From Raja brachyura (taxonomy: Eukaryota): DNA of 64,000 nucleotides. Position 1 is the stretch's first letter, and the number at the start of each line of letters is the position of its first letter. Below the pieces are notes generated by a model that saw only the letters and a program-made list of their open reading frames with translations, was not told the DNA's origin and ran no database searches. The stretch covers positions 18,972,001 to 19,036,000 of the forward strand of contig OY740807.1 of NCBI GenBank assembly GCA_963514005.1, in the 5' to 3' direction. Below, piece by piece: positions 24,501-36,500 of this stretch. Both the position numbers and the translations under genes were made by a program.

Positions 24501-27500
24501 ATTAATGCACAAGTGCCAAATTATTGCACTTCAGACAAACAGATGGGCACTGTGCAAATTTCACTACAGCCACTGAAAATTAAATAGATCTAATAAAGAA
24601 TTAGGATCCTTTGTAAAATCATTGCTGCTTTGCGTTGCTGAATAAAATGAGTAAATCCAAAACGTGATATAGCTAAAGTGGAAAGGGCTTCACTCAATCA
24701 AATGTGCAGTGTTTTGTCAAAAGAGGGACAGGAAATATTTAACTGATGGAATATCAGGAGGTTTCTTCCTGTCAAGAGTACTGACTGCCTCCAGATACAG
24801 CCCATAAGTGGGAGGATAAAAGCTATAATATCCAAGCACAGGATAATACAACGTATAACACATCCACTAATGAACCAAGTTCTGAAATCAATGATGAAAG
24901 TCGTCCTGTTCTCTTACACTAAAGGTTGTGGCAATTGCAAATCAAAAGGTGTTGGTGCCCTCTACAGGGTTCTTGTCAAATTGAAAGCAATTTTGTGTCA
25001 TCTTAACTAATAAATCTTTCTAGAGAAACAACTCTAAATCAGAAAATGCGTTGATCGGATTACCTGTTTATAAATTCAAATTTCAAGCTTCTTGGCAGGA
25101 TAGTGGGCACTGTGCAAGCTCTGGAGGAGCAGGGCAATTTAACGCAAAATGGTGAAAAGTCCGGAACAAGTATTGATGTGGTAGATTCTGCACAACCTCA
25201 ACCTACCATCACAATTTGTACTTACGCTATTTTTGTTTTTATTATTGTGACTAATTACAATTAATACACTCAAAGAGGCTATAATTGCAAGCATTTCCCG
25301 TAACGTCTTTATACTGCCAAATCCGCAATCTAATTTAATAAAGTTAAAAAAGAAAAAATGTTAACAGACTACTTTCCAAAGAAGACCGATTTACCATATG
25401 TTCTCAGTGCACTGTGAAGATCAGGACTGTGGTACATCATGGCAGCAAATACAGCATTCACAGCTTGGTCAACTTTTGACCCAAGGCCAATTCCACTAAG
25501 TACTTCCCGCTTTGCCGAATGTTTCTTGCAAAGGCTCACAAGTTTCTTCATTAAGTCAGTCTGAGCATCAGGGACATCATCTTGCATAGAATCCCAGAGA
25601 GCAACCTGGACCAGGAACTTCTGAACATCATTCTTGCTCTGCGACCAAGTGCAAAGAGTTATTTCAATATAATGAAAACAAACATTTCTTTCCAGATAGG
25701 ACAACAAACTGCTTCTAAATTTGTTTCATGAGCCTTCAAAAATAATGTCCAGCTTCTTTTTTCCACTATCAACCCAGATTTAATCACTTCTGAAAGCTAG
25801 CTTCTTTCAGCTTTGGATGATAGCTAAAATAAAACAATTCCTCCAGTTTGATTACCTCGAAAAGATTAACCACACATTTATCTCCTCCCGCCTAGATTAC
25901 TGCAACTCCCTTTACACAGGCATCAGCGAATCTTCCCTGTCCCACCTACAACTGGTCCAAAACGCCGCAGCGAGACTCCCGATGGGCACCCGAGAAAGGG
26001 ACCACATCACCCCGATCCTGGCCTCTCTCCACTGGCTCCCTGTGCGGTTCCGAATAAATTTCAAGACCCTCCTCTTTGTCTACAAAGCCCTCAATGGGCT
26101 TGCACCCACCTACATTAAAAGTCTTCTCGCCCACTACACCACCTCCAGGTCCCTCAGATCAGCCGACTTGGGGTTGCTGAATGTCCCACAGTCTAGGCAT
26201 GAGCTCAGGGGCGACCGCGTCTTTGCGGTTGCAGCTCCTAGACTGTGGAACAGCATCCCATCCCCATCAGAACTGCCCCCTCCATCGACTGCTTTAAGTC
26301 TAGACTAAAAACTTATCTGTTCTCCCAAGCTTTTCCTGACGTCCTCTGAGCGAGGGCTATTTGTATATATGTATGTAGCCTGCTTCTGTATACTATTCTT
26401 ATAACAAATGTAAAGCACTTTGGTCGACGAGAGTTGTTTTTTAAATGTGCTATATAAATAAATGTGACTCGACTTGACTTCTCCACCGTCACTTCATGAC
26501 ATCTTTAAGATATGCAGGAATTCATAAAATTGTTCATCAAAATGGAGACCATGCATTTTTCCACCCTTTCTTCCCCACGGGCTTATTACATTCTGTTCCA
26601 CCCTATGAAATTTTAAACCTGGTCGATACAAGACTTGGCACAGTTTCCTCGCCTCAGATATCAAATTTCAAAGCTGTAAGATACTCATGTTCAGAAAAAC
26701 ATTGATCACCAAGTCCTCCCTAACAACAACCCAATTCCAGGGTTCTCTAATGTGCTTCTACCCACATTTATACTTTAAGATATACTTCAATCTCAAAGTA
26801 GCTTTTACATGACTGAAATGACTCTAGGTCCACAAATGATCCTCTCTGTGACGATGTATTATTTTCCTGTCATTGTTAAGCAGATTCTTAAAGAAATGCT
26901 GTAAACCCCCATCTTAACGTCATTATATTCTTTTTGTTTTCAGCACATCTATTATTCTAACAGTCAGGCAGGTGCAGCGGAGAAATAAGTCTTACAGCTC
27001 CACAAATGTACGTGTCGACCATTAAGCACTCTTCTGCCAATACAACTGTAACTCATTTTATTCTCTCCACATTCTCGTCAGCTAACCCTAGCTTCTACCA
27101 CTCATCTACACACTAGGGCCAACTGACCTACCAGCTCATGTTTTGGGCGTTCACACCTAGATGGTCACAGGGAAAACATACAAAATCCACATCGACGCAC
27201 TGGAGGTCAGGATTGAACACAGGTCGCTGAAGTCAAGAGACAGCACCTCCAGTTAAGCACTCAACTGGGCCACTCGCACTGTATTCCCAATTCGACTACG
27301 GTTTGCACCCCAAACATGCAGATCATCCCAAATCAAATCCCACTATCAGGTCTAACTAAACCGAATAAATCTGGTAACGTGATCTCCCAGCCTGTATGTT
27401 TTGTGTGTACATGTCCATGCTACAAGTTAGGTTTTAATGTCTTCAAGGTAATTCAAAGTGAGGTGACAAAAACAATTAAAAACAATAACGTTTTAGAAAT

Positions 27501-30500
27501 AATGAATCATCAACAGCTTTAGTTACATGAGCTCACTAATATTCTGAAGGATTGCGGATAAAATTAAGGTCACCTTTTCCTTATTTTCATCAAGTGCTTA
27601 ATTTATCTCTGAAGCTGACCAAATGAGACCAGCCATAAAAATTACAATTGAAGTTACCAGCTCAGCTTCTGCCGATGCGCCGTCCATTGTTCCAGCTGAG
27701 CATGGATTTATTCCTGCACAGGTTCCATGCCTTAAGATGGGTTTCCAGAGCCGACATTCCACTACAGAAGTAACCTTCTCTGCCGGTAACTCAGGAGGAG
27801 GGAACAGCCCTTCACAGAAAAAAATAAATGAACAAAATGTCTTTATTAACATTTCAATGGGAAGTGACTCAACTATGCAAAGCATGATCATTGTATCTCA
27901 CAGTGCTTTACAGCCAATTATTCAATATTGTGATACTATAACAGAGATAAATATTAGCTCGGGGGCTAGATGCGGGGACACAAGAGAATGCAGAAGCTGG
28001 AACCTTGAGTGGAAAATAAACTGGAACTCAGTGGGCCAGAGAGCATCTGTGGAGGGAAATCGGTGGCCGATTCCAATTGTGGAGCCTTCTTCACATGTGG
28101 GGGTCATGTTATTCCTCATGTGTGGTGAATCTGTGGAATTCTTTGCCACAGAAGTCTGTGGAGACCAAGTCAGTGGATATTTTAAAGGCAGAGATAGATA
28201 GATTCTTGTGCAAGAAGGAACTGCAGATGCTGGTTTAAACCGAAGATAGACACAAAACGCTGGAGTAACTCAGTGGGACAGGCAGCATCTCTGGAGGGAA
28301 GGAATGGGTGAAGTTTCGGGTCGAGACACGATTCTTGATTCGTACGGGTGTCAGAGGTTATGGGGAAAAGGCAGGAGAATGGGACTAGGAGGGAGAGATA
28401 GATCAACCATGATTGAATGGCTCAGACTTGATCGGATGAAAGGCCTAATTCTACTCCTATTCCATATGACCTTAAATATGCCATGAGAACTTGCAACCTA
28501 TCGAGGGTACAGACTGAACTACGTCCTCCAATGGATGGCACAAAGCCACCTTCTGATGGTATAGAGGCATCTTCTGATGGTGCAGAGCCATTTTTTGATG
28601 ATCCAGAGCCATCTCCAGTTCTACTTGACGTATGGCCCTAGGTTATGCTCACATTTGTGGAGAGAGTGTGAACTCACAGCTTTGGCTCAGAAGGTGGAGC
28701 TCCACCTCTGAGTTAAGCATAAAATTGTACTACTTTGTCATAGCCAAATAACCCATTTCCTACATACCTCAGGGTGAAACTAGATCAGCAGATGACCTAC
28801 AAGCAACACCTTGAAGCTCTCTGTGCTAAAGTCTCGGCGCGGAACAACCTCCTGCGTTGCTTGGCTGGATCATCAAGGGGCGCCAGGACATCTACTCACT
28901 GAACCAGTGCTCTTGCACCCGTGTACAGCGCCACTGAGTACGCCGCCCCAGCGCTTATACTAGCAAGCTAGACGCCATCCTCAACGACACCATGCGGCTC
29001 ATCACTGGCTGCCTACGCTCTACTCCGACGGATCTTCTGCCGGTGCTCGCATGTATCGCACCCGCCAAGCTTCGCAGGGAGTACTTCACTCACAGGCTGG
29101 TGTGCAAGGCTCCATCGGACGCCAAACATCCTTTGCACAAGCTCGCCCAGGACACACAGCAACTGGCACCTCAACGCCTGTCATCTCATCGCCCCTTCTA
29201 CCGTCACGCAGCGACCCTCTGTGGCTCCGGTTTCAACACACTAGGAGCATGGAGAACCAGCTGGGAACAGACTTCACGACCTCCGCAATTCACTGTTGCA
29301 CCAAATGCCACAGCCCCACCCAGCTCGGACCTGCCCCGCAAAGAGTGGGTCGCCCTGAACCGGCTCCGTACAGGAGTCGGCCGGTTCAACGCCAACATGC
29401 ATGGCTGGGAGCTGCGTTCATCAGCAGTCTGTGTGTGTGGAGCGGACCAGCAAACAGCGCAGCACGTCATTTTGGACTGCACTGTCCTCCGCCCCCCTGG
29501 TGGAGGGGTAGACCTCATGGCCCTCGGCAACAGCATATTGAACTGGCTAGAGCACCTGGAGAGCATTACATAACCTCTGCTGCCTTAAACGCAAGAAGAA
29601 GATAGCCAAATATTACCAATGTCTTACATGTCATCAACTAAATTGTGACAAATCAAATTAAACTGCAGATGGCGGAAATCTAAAATAAAAACAGAAAAGG
29701 CTAGAAACACTCAGCAGATCAGGCTGCACTTGAGCGGAGTCAAGAGTTAACGTTTTAGAGATACAACGTGGAAACAGACCCTTCAGCCCACCAAGTCCGC
29801 GCCGACCAACGATCCATATACACTAGTTCATCCTATACACGAGGGACAATTTACATCTACTTCATGCATGTCTTTGGAATGTGGGAAGAAAACCAAAGCT
29901 CCTGGAGAAAACCCACACGGTCACTGGGAGAGTGCACAAACTCCGTACAGACAGTACCCATAGTCATGACCTAACCCAGGTCTCTGGCTGTGAGCAACTC
30001 TGCCGCTGTGCCGCCCTATGGATCGTTTAAGTCGTAGACATTCTGCCTCTATTAACCACAGTTAGATCTTAAAAAAAGTCACTTTCAATAAGGACAAATT
30101 AAAACATACAAGGTTTCTTAAATGATGCACATAGGTGGCCAAATAACAGGATTGATATAACAATAGGTGTTGGTAAACGTTTATGAATGTGCATAAATTG
30201 TTCTTAAATATGTTTAACTGTGAAATTGATAGACTTACCACAGGTTGAGTTCAAAGACAGCGCATGCGAGGCAAGACAACCCATTAGTCGAGACACAAGC
30301 AGCTGTAGGTCTGCAACCCAAGGTACTCGCACATCTGGCAGACCATATGCTTTCACCATGAACTTGTATCCCCACTCATTGTTACAGTTGTCAGAGTGGA
30401 AGAGAAACTGCAGCCTCGGGCCCGATTTAAATGTCAATGACTGCAAAAACAAAGATGTAAGCAAGGTATTACACAGCTATTCATTATTGCCATCACCAAT

Positions 30501-33500
30501 GGTTTGTTTTCATTAGGGAAGACATATTGATCCTTAGGTGCGTAAGAAAGAACTGCAGATGCTGGTTTAAATCGAAGGTAGACACAAAATGCTGGAGTAA
30601 CTCAGCGGGACAGGCAACCTCTCTGGAGAAGGAATGGGTGACGTTTCGGGTCACCATTCCATCTCTCCAGAGAAGCTGCCTGTCCCGCTGAGTTACTCCA
30701 GCATTTAGTGTCTATCTATTGATCCTTAGAAGTGAGCATGTTTGCATTCTAATATGGACAAGAAGAACAAAAAGAAATGATGAATTAATTTGAGCAAATA
30801 TTTGAATTCAGCTGGGTCATCTCATCTGATAAATCACCAGTGTATCACACAGTAGTTTACTGACCACATTGTATACGGGGTTTAAATATCTTGTGTGTAA
30901 TATACCTAAAGTAAAAATCTAATAGTGCTGATTGAAATAGGCAATGAACGAAAAAAAATTGTTACCAAATAACTTACCGTTGGCCACTTCTCTGTCCCAA
31001 CCTTTCCATCATAACGCACTTTCACTCCTCTGGAGTCTGTAAACTCCAAGTAATCGTACCTGGCAAAGAAAATGGCCAATTTATTTGGAGCTGAATGGTC
31101 ATCTAATATTTTATATGCTGGTTAGTATTTCATAATTTCCCAAACACTCAAATTATAATAGTATCAAAGTAACTAATCTCACACATAGCAAGCCCTACAT
31201 CACTCGATCTTCCACACATCAGTGCATATTGAGGTAGGACCATAGTGCAGATGAACACGTGGCTTGAGGCAGTGAGGGTGCGAGTTTTAGATTCTCGGGG
31301 TACAGATTAGTTCCAGCGATGGCGATATTTGTCCAGACCACAGGGGTCATCACAATATGGCTGGGCACATCATCTTCACAGGCCAGACCGCTAGTGCAGG
31401 TTAAGACCATTGCATTGGGTTTGGGAAGGGAAGCGATGCTGAGCACAGGTTCACAAGGAGAAAATTGGAAATGGAAGATAGGAAATTAGTGAGAGTATAG
31501 AAACCAGAATTAACAAAGGTTGGAAAAAAGATAAAACATAGATAAAAGACAAAAGATAAACTGACCAAGAGACCAAGGTTCTTAATCAATTCTTACCACT
31601 GCCATCACTAAAGTAGGGGTAATGTTTAAATTGTAATGAAGAAGATTGAGTGTGAAACATTAAATGAAATAACATAACGAGGAAGTGTAAGGGATTTATC
31701 ATCTTTAACAGTGGCTAAATCACCAGGCTCAGACAAAGTGGACCCAATGCTATTAAAGGGGGAGAGATTGCAAGAACTCTGAATACAAATCATTCATTTC
31801 TCCCTGGTTATCCACCGGGTGGCGCCGTCAGCGATGGCTGCCTTTTCATCTTTTTTGTGTGTTTTAAAAGTATGTGTTAATGTTCTCTGGTTTGTTTTAT
31901 GTGGGGGGTGGGGGTGCGTGTTGGGGGAAACTTTTTCTCAATCTCTTACCTTGCCGGAGATACGATTGTTTTCCGGATCGTATCTCCAGTCGGTCTGCGG
32001 CCTAACATCATGGAGCTGGCGGTCTTGCTCGAGACTGACTTTGGGCCCCACCGCGGGGCCATGGACTTACCATTGGAGCCTGCGATCCCTTGCCTGGGAT
32101 TTACGCTCCAACCGCGGCCTGCAGATTTCACTATCGAGGAGCTCGCAGTCTTGGGTAGAGACTGATGTCGGGAAGCTCCAAAGTCGCAGGAGGTTCGACC
32201 AGCCCCGACTCGGGGTCCGATCACCCGGCACAGAGGAGCTGAAGTCTCCCCGACGCGGGAGCTTGATCCCCCCCCCGACGCGGAGGACCCAGACCGCCGA
32301 CTACGGGAGCCAAGATCATTACGTTAACTGAAGGTTCGAGGCCCCCCCGACTGCGGGAAAACAAAGAAGGGAAGAGATTGAACTTTCTTTTCGCCTTCCA
32401 TCACAGTGAGGAATGTGGAGTCGTCGCTGTGGTGGATGTTTATGTTAAAATGTATTTTGTGTGTCTTGTTGCTTTTTATTGGTATGACTGCATGACAAAT
32501 CAAATTCCTCGTATGTTGCAAAAAATACTTGGCTAATAAAGTATGATTATAGGAATTATAGCATGGATAAAAGCATATTATTATAGGTCAGTAAGTATAA
32601 CTTTTCTCAGCCACAAACTATTATATTCCATTCTAGGAAATGGTGTGAACCTTCATATAGAACGGCACAGATTAATCAAGGCTATTCAGCATGGAGTTGC
32701 ATGGGAACGCAATGCCCGAATAACTTGATTAAATACTTTGAGGCCAGTTCAAGGCTGGTCAATGAGAGTGAGGCTGGTCAGAAAATAAAAACTCCATGGA
32801 ATCCAAGGGAAATATTGGCTCAAAGACTGGGTCAGTGGCAAAATGCCACTCAAGTGGTGATTCAAACTCAGTGTTGACAAATTTCCCTCTGCAGTGCAAT
32901 AATTTCCAGAATCTACATGAATCTGCTCAACCTCCATTCCCGCCTCAGTCAGAAATGCAGTAAACAAAACAAAACCACACAAGCCATTGTCAAGTTATTC
33001 ACTGGAACATAAAAGGAATGAACAATAATCTTTACGTCCACCATTATGGGTAGTGTTAGGACAGTGATCAATTTACTGAACAAGTATTCTGGAAACCTGG
33101 ACTAACAAACCAGGGGCCACGCTACAAATCTCAAGTCCAACAGTTGTGGGATTTTAATTCAGTTGACAATCTGGAACTTGGAAAAAAACGTCTTAGTAAT
33201 GATGGCCACAAATTGACCCAATTATTGTAAAAATGGCCACTGATATCCTGAAGGGAACCAAATTACATTTATAAAACTCCAGACCATCCCATTTGGTTGA
33301 CTTTTAAATGCCCTGTAAAATGAGTACGAAGCCATTGAGGTGCAAATAAGGGGAACAATTCAAAGTGTTTTTCAAAGCCTCCTTTGAAAGTGTAACATCC
33401 CTACTGAGTTATAATAATTCTTGATTCATGACCAGCTCAAAACGAAGTCGAAGCATCTCTAGTCCCTTAGACAGAAGCAAGCAAAGTCCAGTAAAAATGG

Positions 33501-36500
33501 AGGAAGCCGTGTGCCACACTGTGTGCCTCCATCGGGCCTCTCCTGCCCTGACCTGTGGCAGTCTGCAGATAGCAGACCGACCTCATCAGCCATCTCAAAA
33601 TGCACAGAATGGGAGTAGAAGCAACCATTCTGCAACCAGATACACTAGCCAAGAAAAGGAGCATACAGCTATGAGGAGCCTGGATAAATGATATTGTAAA
33701 GATTTATTTCCCTTAGCACAGGGGTAAAGAGCCAGGTGCATAGGTTTAATTCAAAATTCTGCAAGGAATACAGGAGAGATGAGGAAAGTTTGGGACTCAT
33801 GCCTACATGAGTGGTCGAGACAGAAATATTACATATTTTAAAAGGTTCATAGATGTGTTCTTGAAGACTCACAACCTGCAGTGCTGCAGATATAGTGGTG
33901 AGAAGGTGGAATTAGGCCTGGTGATCTTCATTACCTGAAAATTGGCATGGTTTTTAAATTCTCTACAGCTTCATGAAACAACAAGACTATTACTCAGCTG
34001 CAATAATTATTCAAGGAGGATACAATGAGCATATCACTGCACCTTGGAGAATCTAATAGAAGAGACCATCTTTCAGAATCATCAAATACAAGTTTGGCTC
34101 TCTGGAGACCAAGAAGACTTCAAGATCATTGTGGTCAAAGGCAAAGTTGATTATTGATGATAAATTAATATGAATCATTGATTATTTTGTGATCATTTGA
34201 GGTAGGACATGGTTTTAAAAATAAGTGAGCCAAAGTCCATACAAATTAAAAATTAAAGCAGAGACGAATACGCAAGTTGAGAAGGCAAATAAATTACTTA
34301 TGCAATATAAGTAATGCAATTAAGTAAATGGTGAAGCAAAGTGGAATTACCATCAAGAAAACAATTAGCCAATTCTCCCAGGGTCACCCCCCCCCCCCTC
34401 TTAAATCCACTGTTAATGAAGCACTGAAGGATCATAAATCTTTAACCGTGTCTAAAAATACATTATTTTAAATTATAGGCAGAATTTCCAGGTGGAATTT
34501 AAATTGAACAATACCTTTTTTCTGTTTCACATTTTTCATCAAACTCCACTTCAAACAATGTTGCACCCGGACAAACAAAAACTGTTGTTGCATGACTATT
34601 ATTTTCATAGTTGTGTGTAGACTCGTTGCTCCACATCCTGAGAAACACTGGCTCCTCAGATTTCTCCAAGTTCTCACCACCAAGCTATTAATCAAAATCA
34701 AAAGTTGTTTTGAAGCACCACCCCATTAAGCACCTTTACGTGGCATTAGCCAGACATATGACAGATTGAGAAATACATTGGATACAGGCCGCTACCTTGT
34801 TAAAGTCATCACCAGTTTCACAGCAGAGGATCTTCAACTTTTTAGCCAGTGGAGCAAAAGCTTGCAGCAGACCACAGTGGGGGATTTCCAAGTTAGAAAG
34901 TTCCAAAATAAAGATCACCTGCAACAACAAAAAATGATGGACTTGAACACCAAGGTCACTTTGTTCCTCTATGCCCCTCACCATTCATGGTGTATGCCCA
35001 GGTGCTGTTCTGAATGCTCAATAAACTGCAAAATAATGGTTGCTTTTCAAGCACTCTTTCCAGCATCCACAGTTTTTTTTTAATGATTTTCAGTTGCAAT
35101 TCAAATATGTAAATCTACCAAACCTCACCATTTAATAAAATCTATAATCAAGCTTAATAATATAAATGTAACGTTAGGGCTAGGAATGGAAAATAGAAAA
35201 CTGAAATATACCAGGTTTATTACATCTCTTTTACAATTTAATAAGTTATACACCATAATCATGGAAAATTTTATAGAAATAATTTTCTTGTTACATTATT
35301 TAAAAAATATTTTTGAAAACATTGAATTAAAATTATTTTTAGAATGACTCACCAGTTGTCTAGTTGCCATAGCAAGAAAGGAGTCATTCAATTTTGCCAT
35401 GATCTGCTTCCCACTGCAGTTCAGCATCAGAAAATCGAAGACATTGGATGCACTGGAGATGTGGCGTTTGACATCTGTTGGACAATATTATGGTCAATAA
35501 TAAATCAGCTGTTTCCGGTCTATGGCATTCTGTATACTCTAGCTGAAAATGTCACCAATCAAGTCGGACTCAAGGAGGACATGCAACTTAGAGAAAAAGG
35601 ATAACCTGCCCTAAGATGACACATTAGAAGGATGAGAGGGAATCTTATAGAAATATATACAATTATTAAGGGATTGGACACGCTAGATGTCGGAGTCCAG
35701 AGCCAGGGGCCACAGTTTAAAAATAAGGGGTAGGCCATTTAGAACCGAGGTGAGGAAGAGCTTTTTCACATAGAGGGTTATGAATTTGTGGAATTCTCTG
35801 CCTCAGAGGGCAGTGGAGGCCGATTCACTGGATGCATTCAAAAAAGAGTTAGATAGAGCTCTTAGGGCTAGCGGAGTCAAGAGGTATGGGGAGAAGGCAG
35901 GAACGGGGTACAGATCGTGGATGACAGCCATGATCACATTGAATGGTGGTGCTGGGTCGAAGGGCCAAATGGCCTACTCCTACACCTATTGCCTATGTAT
36001 CTATGGATCCCATGGAATTGAGTTTATATATGCAATTATAGTCTTATTCAACGATATGGTGTGAAACACACAGCTCATTGTTCAGAATCACCATGCAGGA
36101 ACAAAGGCGCCATTGAGTCTGTGTGGAGTAAGGAAACCTGTGCCATGGCAAGTTTCAGGGGGTCGGAGATGAACCGGGGTCCTGTCAAGTTACAGATCCA
36201 GGATAGCAAATATCACCTGCTGAGCCAGACACCAGCCATCAGGATTTCAAATAGTCAGATAGGACATGACCAGAATTTTACAACTGAACACAGTAAAAGC
36301 ATTTTAAATCACATCTCATGGCACACTGGCACTGCATGGCACAGAGCAGTCAATAATTTTTCTTCTGTATGCTTTTTTTTTTGGAATGGGATGTGAAGCA
36401 ACCAGCCAAGGCTAAATCTGATGGGAAATCAGGCAAGACCTACTTGGATTTTTTAATCTAGAAATATAAATAATGCAAAGTTTTGCTGTACACAGTAAAT

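Noticed and set aside
29051-29605. Overlapping 184-aa and 120-aa ORFs
   Set aside because: Alternative frames of the GC-rich Vingi-like element
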